64,000 nt of DNA from Salinispira sp. (GCA_965602015.1 OZ271918.1:1984001-2048000); one strand, 5' to 3'. Counted from the stretch's first letter, positions 40,641 to 51,175 are shown. Numbers and translations are program-made. The notes: generated by a model from the letters alone, not told the origin.

Positions 40641-42515
40641 CTAGGGAACCAGTGCCAAAGAGATCCACGGAACATAGGTAATAATAAGCACCACCGCGAA
40701 CTGAAGAATCAGAAACGGAATAATGCTTCTGTAGACCTCCGGCAACCCTTTCTGAAAACGGTACGAACTGAGAAACAAATTCAGGCCGACAGGCGGCGTA
40801 ATAAACCCCAACTCCAGGTTCGCGAGAAAAATAATCCCCAGATGCAAAGGATCTATGCCGAACACCTGTCCGAGGGGTACAATGAGGGGCACAACCACAA
40901 AAATCGCCGAGTAGATATCCATCAGCGTACCGGTTATAAGCAGCGCGCCGGTGAGCATGAGCAGAAATACGAGTTTGGATGCGATGTTCTCCTGGGCGAA
41001 CAGCGCGAGATTCTGGGGAATCTGAGCGTCAATAATGAAGGTGCTGAGGCCTTTGGCAAGCATGAGTATTACCAGCACGCCGCCGATTATCCTCATGCTC
41101 TTGAGGATCACCAGATACAGCATGCGGCCCCGGATTTCCCTTTTGACCACAACTTCGATTACCACGGTATACATGAGGGTTATGGCCGCGGTCTCCAGCA
41201 AGGTGGCGGCGCCGGTAAAGTACAGGCCGATGGTCAGCAGGGGAATCATTAACTCCCAGGCGGCGGAGACCACGGCTTTTAAAGCCCGTTTTGGTTCAAA
41301 GGGCACTGCCTTGTTGTGGTTCTTCATTGAAATGGCAATGCCGAACACGCTCCTGCTGAGAACCATAAGGATGCCGGGCAGGATGCCAGCGATAAAAAGG
41401 TTGCGGATATTGATACCGGCCACGGAGCCGTACAGGATTATCGCCAGACTGGGAGGAAATAAGAGACCAATACTCCCCGAGCTTGTGAGCACTCCGATAG
41501 AAAAGCGCTCGTTATACCGTCCGCTGCCGTGCAACACCGCGTAGAGCAGCCCGCCGAGGGCGAGAATCGTGACCCCGCTGGCACCGGTGAAGGTGGTAAA
41601 GACAGCGGACACCAGGATTGCAGCTAAAACCATGCCTCCGGGCATCCAGCCGAAGAGGGCGAGAAAAACTTCAATAAAGCGCTCGCTGGCCTTGCTTTCG
41701 GAGAGAAGGAACCCCGTGAGAGTAAACAGGGCTATGGAGGAAATTGCGGAATTGTCCAAAACCGCATACCCGTCATATAGAACAACCCCCGGGCCTACCC
41801 CGCCCCGGAGAAACAGCAGGGTGGCGATGCCTCCCAGGACGATGTACAGCGGCAAACCGGTGGGCGCAAGCAGAATAAGGAGCACAATCATCACAGGCAA
41901 AACCGGCGGTATGACGCTGTACCACATACCCTCCAGAGTAAAAATCCAGTCCGGTATGGCTGAAGCCGTGGCATACATGATATTCAACAGGGAGGGAAGC
42001 GCGGTAACAATGCCGGCGAGAATTCCCGCAAGATGCGCCCACCACGGATCGGAGCCAAGGTTGCGTTTTAGCCAGTGATAAAAAATTCCCGTGAAGCCCA
42101 AGGGTATAAACGCAATAAAGACCTGTATCGGAATGAACATGATGAGCTCATCCAGAAAAGCCACAAAGAGCATTTCCAGGCTTCCAATTATGTACTGGAT
42201 AATCATAAAGCTGCCCGCAGCATTGCGAAGGGCAATGAGCGGTTTTATCAACGGATGCTTTTTCTTGTCCAGCCCCAGATTCAGACTGAGGTGCTGGTTT
42301 TGACTCTCGGCATAACTTCCCGCCAACGCGGTTATCATCACAATGAGATGAAAGACTATTTCATTTTGATACGGCAGATCAGATCCGCCGACCAAGCGAA
42401 CCAGCCAGGCGATAACCGGAACAAGAGCCAGCAGGGCATACCACAGGATGCCGAATCCCGACTCAATGCTCTCCAGCAGCCAAGGGCGGCGTTTAACGCT
42501 TTGGGACTCGCTCAT
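40641..42515 (-). CDS. TRAP transporter fused small+large permease (DctQM; TPAT membrane component)
   Basis: HLSL (Q domain), TFTGASGVTI, GSIGLLFPPS, ITPPVGLNLF. Confidence 0.93.
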   Translation of the reverse strand: MSESQSVKRRPWLLESIESGFGILWYALLALVPVIAWLVRLVGGSDLPYQNEIVFHLIVMITALAGSYAESQNQHLSLNLGLDKKKHPLIKPLIALRNAAGSFMIIQYIIGSLEMLFVAFLDELIMFIPIQVFIAFIPLGFTGIFYHWLKRNLGSDPWWAHLAGILAGIVTALPSLLNIMYATASAIPDWIFTLEGMWYSVIPPVLPVMIVLLILLAPTGLPLYIVLGGIATLLFLRGGVGPGVVLYDGYAVLDNSAISSIALFTLTGFLLSESKASERFIEVFLALFGWMPGGMVLAAILVSAVFTTFTGASGVTILALGGLLYAVLHGSGRYNERFSIGVLTSSGSIGLLFPPSLAIILYGSVAGINIRNLFIAGILPGILMVLSRSVFGIAISMKNHNKAVPFEPKRALKAVVSAAWELMIPLLTIGLYFTGAATLLETAAITLMYTVVIEVVVKREIRGRMLYLVILKSMRIIGGVLVILMLAKGLSTFIIDAQIPQNLALFAQENIASKLVFLLMLTGALLITGTLMDIYSAIFVVVPLIVPLGQVFGIDPLHLGIIFLANLELGFITPPVGLNLFLSSYRFQKGLPEVYRSIIPFLILQFAVVLIITYVPWISLALVP

Positions 42516-43504
42516 CTCGTGCGGTACTCCTCAAGTACATCAAAAACCTGATTCATGAAATCGTTTCTGAGCAACTCCGACTCTATCTGCTGGGACTGCT
42601 GTGCGAATACCCCCATCCACTGTTGGCGAATTTCAGGTGTTATTTCATTGACCTGAAGGCCGAAGCGGGTCATCAACTCCATGGCATCCCGTTCCAGTCC
42701 TGCAAGCTCTCCGGCGATTTCCCTTCCGATGCGATCGGTCGCCGCCTTGAGCTCATCGTGAAACTCCTCGGGGATGCGGTTCCATGCCCTCTGATCCATG
42801 AGGATGTTGCCTAAAAACGGGGCAACCTGCAGTTCGAGCATATTATCCGCGACGCCGAACCACTGGTACCCCGCTACCCCGAGCGGAGCATAAATAACCG
42901 TATCAATCAGACCAGAATTCAGTCCTCCGAGAATCTCCGGGGAAGTCAGGGGTACGGGCTGCATTCCCAGATTTCTGAACACCTGATTTATTTCTTCAGG
43001 CAGGGTTCCCGAAGCGATTTTAACAGAAACCAGATCATCAGGTCGGATAATCGGCGAGGTTGAGAAAAACTTTATCCACCCGGCATTGGACCAGCCGAGT
43101 ATCTCATACCCGTTTTCCGAAAAAAGGCTGTTTAACTCATCTCCCAATTCTGCCAGCACAAGATCGAGCTCATCTTCACTTTCGATGACTCCGGGCACGG
43201 AAAGCCCCAGGGTTGCGGGTACCACGGTTGCAAGTCCCGCGGTTGTGAGAACCGCCCCCTGGATTTGACCGAGCCGCATTTTCCTAATGGTATCGCTTTC
43301 ATCACCGGCAACGCCTCCGTGAAAAATCCTCACCTGGATTCGTCCACGGGTGATTCTCGACCACTCGGCAGCGATGCGGTTCAGTCCCTGCCCCCATGGC
43401 GTTGACTCCGGGGCAAGAGAGGCTATTCGAATGACCTGAGCGCCGATGTTTTGAGCAAAAAGCAGCAGTAGCAGCAGTAGTACGGCAATTCGCGTGGGTT
43501 TCAC
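42512..43504 (-). CDS. TRAP substrate-binding protein DctP (TPAT P component)
   Basis: Signal peptide, IASLAPESTPWG, GGVAGDESDTIRKMRLGQI. Confidence 0.92.
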   Translation of the reverse strand: MKPTRIAVLLLLLLLFAQNIGAQVIRIASLAPESTPWGQGLNRIAAEWSRITRGRIQVRIFHGGVAGDESDTIRKMRLGQIQGAVLTTAGLATVVPATLGLSVPGVIESEDELDLVLAELGDELNSLFSENGYEILGWSNAGWIKFFSTSPIIRPDDLVSVKIASGTLPEEINQVFRNLGMQPVPLTSPEILGGLNSGLIDTVIYAPLGVAGYQWFGVADNMLELQVAPFLGNILMDQRAWNRIPEEFHDELKAATDRIGREIAGELAGLERDAMELMTRFGLQVNEITPEIRQQWMGVFAQQSQQIESELLRNDFMNQVFDVLEEYRTR

Positions 43505-43626
43505 ATAAACTCCTTGTCGGTAGCTATTATCCCCTACAGTAGAACATCCTATTTACAGGAAAAAGCGCCCCTTCCTACCAAGTATAGCTCACCATGTATG
43601 AAAGGGTCGCTTGAAACTGCAACTCG

Positions 43627-44553
43627 TCAAAATATGAAATAGTCCTCGAGATTGTCCAGGTACCAACGGGCCCTTCTTTGACTAATGGTATTCAACAGAC
43701 GCAAATCGGGATTAGTATCGGGATCAATGGCCAATGCCTGTTCCAACAAAGAGACAAAGCGTTCCAGATCCTGCGTGGGGATGGCGACAGATGTGGCCAG
43801 GCTCACGTACGGTGAAGCTGAGCTTCCTTCCTGCTTTGTCACAGCCCGGGAAAACGACTGCTCGGCGAGGTCCCTGCTGCCGCCCATTGCTTCGGGAATC
43901 GAGGCGTAAACCTGAATGTATAGTTCATCGAGGGCCGCATTATTAAAATCAGGATCAAGCCCATAGGCTCGATCGAGTATCTCCATGAGTGCGGGAATCC
44001 GGAAGGCAAGCTGCATATCAAACGAATCTATTGAGACGGCGCCGAACCAACCGGCGGCGAGCCAATAGGCGTACGGAACGTCTTCTGTTGTAAAATCAGC
44101 AAGAAGCCTGTCCAGCCCTTCGCCGGAATCAATGGCGTTTTCAAGGCCGGGATATCTGTCTTCGAGAAAATCGAGCATTTGGTCCCTTCCGCGAAGATAC
44201 AGGTTTTTTGCCCGGGCAAGCATTCTCACCCGTTCATCATAATCCTCGGGCGGGAGGTAGAGAGAAGGTGTTTGAAGGAAGGCGTTTGCATACATGATAT
44301 AAAGACTTCCGATGCTAAGCGTTAGTCCAGGATGCCCGGGATTCTGAACCAGCAGGCTCTCATATAACTTTATGGCAAAGGGAAGCGCATCTCCTACCAG
44401 CTCGGGATCATTCTCTTCAAGAAACACCGAGCTGCCTTGGTCCCCGGTCAATGCATCCGAGACCAGGTCTATGGTGTAATCCTGAATGCTGCATGATGAT
44501 AGGGCAAATACGACCGCACTTATCAAGCCCATGGTTCGAGCTGTCTTTTTCAT
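43627..44553 (-). CDS. TRAP-associated TPR-like lipoprotein (TPAT T component, TatT)
   Basis: Lipobox LSS-C; DPELVGDALPFAIK, YANAF, RAKNLYLRGR, PEAMGG; immediately upstream of dctP-dctQM. Confidence 0.88.
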   Translation of the reverse strand: MKKTARTMGLISAVVFALSSCSIQDYTIDLVSDALTGDQGSSVFLEENDPELVGDALPFAIKLYESLLVQNPGHPGLTLSIGSLYIMYANAFLQTPSLYLPPEDYDERVRMLARAKNLYLRGRDQMLDFLEDRYPGLENAIDSGEGLDRLLADFTTEDVPYAYWLAAGWFGAVSIDSFDMQLAFRIPALMEILDRAYGLDPDFNNAALDELYIQVYASIPEAMGGSRDLAEQSFSRAVTKQEGSSASPYVSLATSVAIPTQDLERFVSLLEQALAIDPDTNPDLRLLNTISQRRARWYLDNLEDYFIF

Positions 44554-44591
44554 ATTCCCTCCGATGCGTACATCAGCTTTTTAAAATCGTT

Positions 44592-44909
44592 CTATTCCTT
44601 GCCCCGGCTGCCGGGCCCCCGGTAGAATTTTCGGTATCCCCGGCCAATATCGGCCCAGCTCCACCGTTCAGGCAAATCGTCATTTCCGCCGGAGAACCAG
44701 CCCCAGCAACGCAGGATTCTGCCAAGAGCCAGAAGCCCTCCCCGCAGAATCCCGAAACGAAGGATGGCATCCCGGCTGTAACGCGAACAACTCGGACTGT
44801 ACCGGCAGGTACTGGGAAAGAGCGGCGAGATAATTTTTCGATACAACTCAATAGGTATTACGGCGATTTTCCTTACCGCCCTCGTAAATCCGCCATTCTG
44901 ACCAGACAT
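44592..44909 (-). CDS. yidD: Membrane protein insertion efficiency factor YidD
   Basis: YRKIISP..CRYSPSCSRY..A..FG..RG..RILRC; ATG 44909 with GGAGG SD. Confidence 0.9.
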   Translation of the reverse strand: MSGQNGGFTRAVRKIAVIPIELYRKIISPLFPSTCRYSPSCSRYSRDAILRFGILRGGLLALGRILRCWGWFSGGNDDLPERWSWADIGRGYRKFYRGPGSRGKE

Positions 44910-44964
44910 GTCAGCCTCCAGCATGATACTCTACCAATGTAATGAAATACAGGACCGAATTGCA

Positions 44965-45630
44965 ATGAATCTACAATGGAAACAACCCATCACCGGCGAT
45001 GCCAAGCGCACGGAACACCCGACCATTATTCTGGCTCACGGTTTCGGAGCCAACATGGACGACCTGCTGCCCATCGCCGCCGAATGCCGGGTCCCGGGAA
45101 ACTGGCTTTTTCCCCAGGCACCAGTTGGGCTTCAGCCGGGAAGCTATGCATGGTTCCCCTCAAGTCAGGAAGAGCTGACGGCGGTTTATCAGGGCCGGTT
45201 CTTTGCAGAGCTTGATACCCTCGATAGCCGTGAGCTGGACAAACGCTGTGATCAGCTTGTCGAGGACTGCGGGGAGATGCACATCGACTGGAGCCGCAGC
45301 TTTCTCGGAGGATTCAGTCAGGGTTCAATGATCGCTTTGAGGACCTGGCTGCGGCACCGCTTGCCGATTCGAGGACTCATCCTGCTTTCAGGCTCTTTGG
45401 TAGACAGGAGCGGCTCTCAGGAGCTTTTGAATGGATGCGAGCCTGTCCCGGTGTTTCAGCGGCACGGAAGTTCCGATGAGATTCTGCCGCTTTCAGGAGC
45501 CCGGGCCTTGCGCGACCAATTGGAGTCCGCAGGACTTCCGATTGACTATGCGGAGTTCTCCGGGGGCCACGCGATCCCTGCCTCCGTAATTTCCGATTTG
45601 GACAGATTTATCTCAGATCGCTCTCGCTGA
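44965..45630 (+). CDS. Phospholipase/carboxylesterase family
   Basis: AHGFGA, FPQAP, GFSQG, HG..D, GGH. Confidence 0.9.
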   Translation: MNLQWKQPITGDAKRTEHPTIILAHGFGANMDDLLPIAAECRVPGNWLFPQAPVGLQPGSYAWFPSSQEELTAVYQGRFFAELDTLDSRELDKRCDQLVEDCGEMHIDWSRSFLGGFSQGSMIALRTWLRHRLPIRGLILLSGSLVDRSGSQELLNGCEPVPVFQRHGSSDEILPLSGARALRDQLESAGLPIDYAEFSGGHAIPASVISDLDRFISDRSR

Positions 45631-46261
45631 TGTCGACAAACCATTCATCCTGATTGCGCGAAATGCTCACCTGCCGGTACATTGTTCGAATGTGCTCGTC
45701 GAGACCGAGTAAATCATAGATTACCGGATCGCTTCCGCTGGGTACGAGGATGCTGAAACTATCACCCCGGGCGAATATGGTTTCATCATCCAAAATATCC
45801 ACCCCCCACATTGTCGAATCCGACGGACTGAGAAACAGATACCAAATGTCCGCCTCAGTGGCGTTGGTAATAATCAGCTCGGAAAAATAGAGATCGTCGT
45901 AGCCGTGAGGATCATAAAGCTCAAGGGTGATTTCCACCAGGGCTTCCTGCCCGTCGCTGATTTCCACTTCCGATAGAAAATAAGCATCGCCCGCCTCGTC
46001 GATGGCGAAGACGGAAAAGCGATTACGTGCTTCGGGATAGTGAACGTAGAAGCTGATGATCTGACCATCTGCCAGCACCCTGCGTGAGCCGAGTATATCC
46101 GGTCCCCACCAGTCGCTGTCCGCAGGAGAAAAAAACAGATATTCGATATCGTAGCCGGTCTGATTAGAGAAGCTCACCCGGTTCAATTCTCCGGGATCAA
46201 ATCCGAAGGCTACTGCGGCGAGAAGCAGCAGCTGCCAGGCAATTACCGCCCGTTTAATCAT
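45608..46261 (-). CDS. Secreted acidic protein with two internal ~100-aa repeats
   Basis: N.TG.DI.YLF.SP.DS..WG.DIL pattern occurs twice; signal peptide. Confidence 0.8.
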   Translation of the reverse strand: MIKRAVIAWQLLLLAAVAFGFDPGELNRVSFSNQTGYDIEYLFFSPADSDWWGPDILGSRRVLADGQIISFYVHYPEARNRFSVFAIDEAGDAYFLSEVEISDGQEALVEITLELYDPHGYDDLYFSELIITNATEADIWYLFLSPSDSTMWGVDILDDETIFARGDSFSILVPSGSDPVIYDLLGLDEHIRTMYRQVSISRNQDEWFVDISESDLR

Positions 46262-46968
46262 TGAGCATCTCCCGGTCCTGTTTCATCAGATGGCAGCTGT
46301 GCGCCGGGCTCAACACTTCCGGCGGAAGGAATGATCTCCGGGTCGCCGAGAAATCTCGGTTGCCGGGAAAAAATGTGGACGTCCAGAAGCGCTTTAATCC
46401 GGGCGAGTACTTCACGGGCTAGAACCGAGGCGCCGGCATACCCGCCTACCGAGTCGGCATTAAAACCGTATGCCCTGATGTTCTCACTTGAAGCGATGTA
46501 CAACGCCCGTTCGTTATGAAAGCGCTGGGAAATAATGATTAACTCTTCCTGACCAAAGACCTGACGGGCCCTGATAACCGAATCAAGGGTCGAGAAACCG
46601 GCGTAATCCAAAACGATCCGGTCTGCCGGAACACCCCGACGCATCAACTCTTTTTGCATATACACCGGTTCGTTGTAGAAAATGCTGCCGTTGTCTCCGC
46701 TGGCGAGGATAAATTCTACTGTTCTACTATTGTACAATTCGACCGCGGCGCTTATGCGGTTGTTAAAGAATTCGCTGGCGGTGCCGCTGCGGGTTCGCGG
46801 GCTGGTCCCGAGGAGCAAACCAACTTTGACCGGAGGCACCAATGCGGGGTCATCGAATATCCGCTGCCTGCTGTGATTACTGATAATACTGTACGACATC
46901 ACCAGAACCAGCAGAAGAAGGGGTATGCTGATAGCAAAAAATTTTGAAAAAAACCGAAACACCTTCAT
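46258..46968 (-). CDS. sanA: SanA/YdcF (DUF218) family protein
   Basis: LASGDNG..YNEP, LDYAGFSTLDSVIRA, SQRFHNERALY, REVLAR. Confidence 0.9.
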   Translation of the reverse strand: MKVFRFFSKFFAISIPLLLLVLVMSYSIISNHSRQRIFDDPALVPPVKVGLLLGTSPRTRSGTASEFFNNRISAAVELYNSRTVEFILASGDNGSIFYNEPVYMQKELMRRGVPADRIVLDYAGFSTLDSVIRARQVFGQEELIIISQRFHNERALYIASSENIRAYGFNADSVGGYAGASVLAREVLARIKALLDVHIFSRQPRFLGDPEIIPSAGSVEPGAQLPSDETGPGDAQ

Positions 46969-47006
46969 GTTATCGGAACGGGATTATAGTGGGATAACGG
47001 AAAAAT

Positions 47007-47031
47007 AAAAACCCCCGCTGATGCGGGGGTT
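47007..47031 (-). terminator. Intrinsic terminator
   Basis: AACCCCCGC-TGAT-GCGGGGGTT, T-run on the minus strand. Confidence 0.8.
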
Positions 47032-47053
47032 GTGTGTTGACCATTGTGTAAGA

Positions 47054-47764
47054 CTAGCTTCTATTACTGTCGCGGAGCTTGTAAATAACATCCAGGGCCT
47101 TTAAGCGCACCGACTGAATATAGTTGCCGCTGACGACATCGAGTAATGCAGTTAGCACCTCGGGATCGGCTATACCCTCTTCTGAATCCATGAGTTTCTC
47201 AAGAGAGAGCAAACATGCGAAGGCCAGGTTGTTGTCCGGAGTAACCCGGGCAGAGTTACGACTCAGGACATCAGCCAGATAGAGCGTGGTCTCCATGTTG
47301 GTGTTTTCGCCGATAACTCCCAATGCGAAGACCGCCTCGGACAACACCATGGGCTCGGGATCGTCCCGAACAACCCGGAAAAGGATATCCTTGGAGACGT
47401 CGCCCCCGATTTCGCCCAGCAGCTGAACAGCCTGCCGACGAATCTCGGGAAAGTCATTGATGATCCGTCCGCCGGATCGAACCGTACTGCTGACGCCCTC
47501 TCCGGCAAGGGAGTCCAGTACTGTTAGTACTGCCTGATCCGAGTCGGTCACCCTCCCGTCGCCCACCATTTGACGGATGGACTGCAGGGCCAGCAATTTA
47601 TTCTCCCGGTTTTCAGAAACTGCCTGTGACCGGAGAAGTTGAATTTCAATATCGGAACTGAGGAACAGTTCTTCGATGGTAAGCGAACCCGTTTCATTCT
47701 GTGCGGTAATCGCCGTCGTCAGGAGAATCAGGGCAAATATTGCCAACGCCCTCTTGCTCTTCAT
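47054..47764 (-). CDS. Secreted HEAT-repeat protein
   Basis: Signal peptide; PEIRRQAVQLLGEIG, EPMVLSEAVFALG. Confidence 0.8.
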   Translation of the reverse strand: MKSKRALAIFALILLTTAITAQNETGSLTIEELFLSSDIEIQLLRSQAVSENRENKLLALQSIRQMVGDGRVTDSDQAVLTVLDSLAGEGVSSTVRSGGRIINDFPEIRRQAVQLLGEIGGDVSKDILFRVVRDDPEPMVLSEAVFALGVIGENTNMETTLYLADVLSRNSARVTPDNNLAFACLLSLEKLMDSEEGIADPEVLTALLDVVSGNYIQSVRLKALDVIYKLRDSNRS

Positions 47765-47819
47765 AACACGCTCCTTGTGTTGTCTGCAAAGTTCATACAG
47801 TTACCTGTATTGTAGATTA

Positions 47820-48401
47820 TCAACCTTCTATTTTCCACTCATTATCAATTAATCTCAGCCGGTAGACTGATATTCGCTGATCCCGTATCACCATTATTGC
47901 CTCGACCTGATCCTCATCAATAAAGACCAGGTCATCAAGGCGGAGATTCGCCCTGCTGGGTACAACCACCTCGGTGAAAAAGTCCTGTAAATCTTCGAGG
48001 ACTATACCGTTAGCCTGCAATCTGTCGGATTGGGATAATTCAGCCAGTAAATCCGGATCGCTGAAGGTGTTGATATACTCCTCGGTAAGATACCCGATCC
48101 ATCGGTCGTACTGCCCGGCGCGAATTAACGCATTTAACTCACCGATTACCTCTTCCACGGCTTGGAAGGTTTCCACGAAGACTTCTTCGGTGACGACGAA
48201 GTCTTCTTCTTTATCTGGTTGCTCCGGGGCCTGCTCAACGGCTTCATCCTGCTCAGGGGCTTCTTCTGAAGCGACCTCATCGATGACCTGTTCTTCGCGG
48301 GCATCCTCGGGATTTTCAACCACCTCAGGAGCACTCGGGCACCCCGTGAGGAGGAAGGCAAACAGTATGAAAATGACCCTTTTAATAATGATCGGTACCA
48401 T
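47820..48401 (-). CDS. Hypothetical lipoprotein
   Basis: Lipobox LTG-C, acidic linker; start moved to ATG 48401. Confidence 0.78.
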   Translation of the reverse strand: MVPIIIKRVIFILFAFLLTGCPSAPEVVENPEDAREEQVIDEVASEEAPEQDEAVEQAPEQPDKEEDFVVTEEVFVETFQAVEEVIGELNALIRAGQYDRWIGYLTEEYINTFSDPDLLAELSQSDRLQANGIVLEDLQDFFTEVVVPSRANLRLDDLVFIDEDQVEAIMVIRDQRISVYRLRLIDNEWKIEG

Positions 48402-48502
48402 ATAGTATGATGATAGCGACTTTATTTCTTTTTTGTCAAACATTGTTAGCAAAAACCTGAGCATGGTATACACTTGTTCACAGACGGAGGCGAACGCAGC
48501 AG

Positions 48503-50542
48503 ATGTCTTCACCGATAGATGTAATTCGGCTGTTATCCGGATATTTAAAAACCCATAGAAATCCCGCTATTAGCTATAGCCAGCTTCTCGCATATACCGA
48601 ACGGTTCGTCCAACAAAATGAACTCGATAATCCTCATTTTGAAGATTTGAGAAGGGATGCCCATAGGGTTTTATCTCATCATCTTCGAAGCCTCGAGCAG
48701 AAAGGAAGAATTGAGATTCAGCGCAGCCAGGATCAGCCTGTCAGCATTTTCTTCGAAGAGTACTTTCATGAGAAAATCAATGAATACTACCTAAAAGTTC
48801 TGGAAGATCCGAAGCATACCCTGGCGACCGAAGAGAGCCTGCGGCTTGAGTTACCGGAGGAGAGAATTCACGCCATCGACATAAAAAAAGACTTTGTCGA
48901 TTGGCTCAGGGACGACAGCGAACGGGTCAAAATCATCAGATTATTGTTTCCCTCGGGCATCAGCAGTGTCATAGCCACCAATGCCCTCATGAAAAAAACC
49001 TTGCTCACCGCTTCAATACAAAAAATCCGGCAATATCTTCAGCAACAGAGAAACAGCAGTTACATTGCGCAAAAACTGATTCCGGTTTTCAAGGGCCGGG
49101 AAGTAGCGGTTCGGGACCTGATGCGGCTCATTACCCAATCAGCGGAAGGCGCCACCAGGACCGTAGTACAGTCGTCGGATTTCTCGTTTCAAGCTTGGAC
49201 GCAGTTGTCCACCTTTATCATTAAGGAATACGAAGGCAAGGTGGACAAACTCGAGGAAGAACACAACTACTGCCAGGCTGCATATCTGATCGGTTACTAT
49301 TGCGTGTATTTTAAGGGCCGGGAGCAGAAGAAGAAGGATCAGGAAGGGGCGATGAAGACCCTTGTCACCATGCTGAAGCGCCCGCCTTATGCCTTTACCA
49401 TCACGGAGATCCAAGCGCTCAAGGACGACAAGGGGATTCCACTTCTGAAGAAATTCAGCAAGGAATCCCTGATGGAATTCCTCGGCAAAGAGGTCGAAAC
49501 CCCCGAGGGCTCGGACCTCCCGCCCCTGCTTAATCTGCAGCTGCCGAATAACAGCCAGGTCTATATATACCGCTCCAGCGTTGCCAAGGTCCTGGAAAAC
49601 CAGAGGATGAGAGCGAGCAAATCATTTCGGGAGTTCTACAAAAACAGCTGGTATTCCGCCCTCATGGAAAATGACGAATTATCAACAATGAATGATGATG
49701 AGGCATTCCGCAACCATATTTATAACCGGCTGCGCGAACGTTTTCCCATGTTGTTTTCCCTGCTCCGCTTCGAACTTCTGTACTTGATGACTCAGGAGAA
49801 GAGCAACCCCGATGAAATAAAACAGACCTGCATGCGCTATCTCGATTTAAATAATGAACGGATTAAGGAACTTGATGAGATTCTTGAACTGGACCGGCGC
49901 AAAATTCTCCAGGATGCGAGAATACTGCTGCCGTTCTGGATGTCAATTCCGGTTTTGAGAGGCATAGTCCATCTTTTTCGAAGGATTTTTTTGGGAAGGG
50001 ATTTCGTCGACCGCTACCACGCCGAGCGTTTTGACCACGAAGACCAAAAAAGCCTTAAAAAGAAAAAGCGGCGGGCTCAGAGTGTAGAGACAGCCAGCAA
50101 ACAATTCGGTTCCCTCAGCCGAAGCGGAAGCGATGACTCCACCAGGGTCCGGGCACGGGAAGCTCAAGCCGAGGTAGCTGCCTCCGGGCCTCAAAGCAGC
50201 AAGGCGCAGAAGGCGGAGTTTAAAAAGAAGGTACAGCGGCTGGAACCTGAGTTCCTTGAACGGGGCAAGAGTCTAGAAATGACCCTAAGGGAACTGATTG
50301 ATAAATGGAATCCCATCCTTGATGAGGCGAAACGCAAGGATTTGGTCGAAGACGTCAATGCCATGTGCAGGGATTTTATCAGGGGATTGAGAATTTCATA
50401 CCGCAAACCGCCCCCGGATGCCGATGCTATTCGCGAAATGGCCCACCGGCTGGCGGGCAACGGTACCTTCGACAGAATACGCGACCGCAATTATCTGGAG
50501 AAATATATTCAGTTGTACTTTCTCAAAGTCCTCGGAAGATAG
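48503..50542 (+). CDS. Large hypothetical protein (679 aa)
   Basis: Long ORF, charged and helical; no motif recognised. Confidence 0.85.
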   Translation: MSSPIDVIRLLSGYLKTHRNPAISYSQLLAYTERFVQQNELDNPHFEDLRRDAHRVLSHHLRSLEQKGRIEIQRSQDQPVSIFFEEYFHEKINEYYLKVLEDPKHTLATEESLRLELPEERIHAIDIKKDFVDWLRDDSERVKIIRLLFPSGISSVIATNALMKKTLLTASIQKIRQYLQQQRNSSYIAQKLIPVFKGREVAVRDLMRLITQSAEGATRTVVQSSDFSFQAWTQLSTFIIKEYEGKVDKLEEEHNYCQAAYLIGYYCVYFKGREQKKKDQEGAMKTLVTMLKRPPYAFTITEIQALKDDKGIPLLKKFSKESLMEFLGKEVETPEGSDLPPLLNLQLPNNSQVYIYRSSVAKVLENQRMRASKSFREFYKNSWYSALMENDELSTMNDDEAFRNHIYNRLRERFPMLFSLLRFELLYLMTQEKSNPDEIKQTCMRYLDLNNERIKELDEILELDRRKILQDARILLPFWMSIPVLRGIVHLFRRIFLGRDFVDRYHAERFDHEDQKSLKKKKRRAQSVETASKQFGSLSRSGSDDSTRVRAREAQAEVAASGPQSSKAQKAEFKKKVQRLEPEFLERGKSLEMTLRELIDKWNPILDEAKRKDLVEDVNAMCRDFIRGLRISYRKPPPDADAIREMAHRLAGNGTFDRIRDRNYLEKYIQLYFLKVLGR

Positions 50543-50596
50543 GGCATAGGTAGAAAACTCCCGCTATTCACAGCAAACATTGTCAATGTCCGGGTT

Positions 50597-51163
50597 TTAT
50601 GCCAGTACTTCCTTAATGCTGATTTCTCCCATAAAACTGAGTTCCTGTGCGCAGGAAGTAAAAAGCTTCATGCATTGAATCGAATCATCAACCGCCCGAT
50701 GGGCGTTGTTCAGGGGAAACTTGAGAAATGCCGCGAGGTTTTGCAGCGAATAACTTTTCTGGCCCGGAAAGGCTCTTTTCGCCAACTGCTGGGTGTCGAT
50801 GAGAAGATTGCTGACGTCGGGGCGACCGCTTCCCGCCAAAGCCGCTCTGAGAAAGCCCATGTCGAAACTCGCATTATGGGCGACGAGTATGCTGTCGCCG
50901 ACAAACGCCAGGAACTCATCCAGTACATCTTCCACCGCCGGCTTGTCCGCCACCATTTCGCTGCTGATGCCGGTAATCTTCACCGAATCTTCGGGGATTG
51001 GGATTCCGGGATTAACCAGAGTACCAAAAGTGCCCAAAACTTCAGCGCCCCGGAATTTAACGGCTCCGAACTCAACTATCCTGTCGCTACCCGAGTGAAG
51101 CCCCGTTGTTTCAAAATCAAATGCGGTAAAAACCGTATCTGCTACCGATGCGTTCATGTCCAT
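50597..51163 (-). CDS. DEDDh 3'-5' exonuclease (DnaQ-like)
   Basis: FDFETTG, VAHNASFD, AHRAVDD. Confidence 0.95.
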   Translation of the reverse strand: MDMNASVADTVFTAFDFETTGLHSGSDRIVEFGAVKFRGAEVLGTFGTLVNPGIPIPEDSVKITGISSEMVADKPAVEDVLDEFLAFVGDSILVAHNASFDMGFLRAALAGSGRPDVSNLLIDTQQLAKRAFPGQKSYSLQNLAAFLKFPLNNAHRAVDDSIQCMKLFTSCAQELSFMGEISIKEVLA

Positions 51164-51175
51164 AAAACCTAGGTA

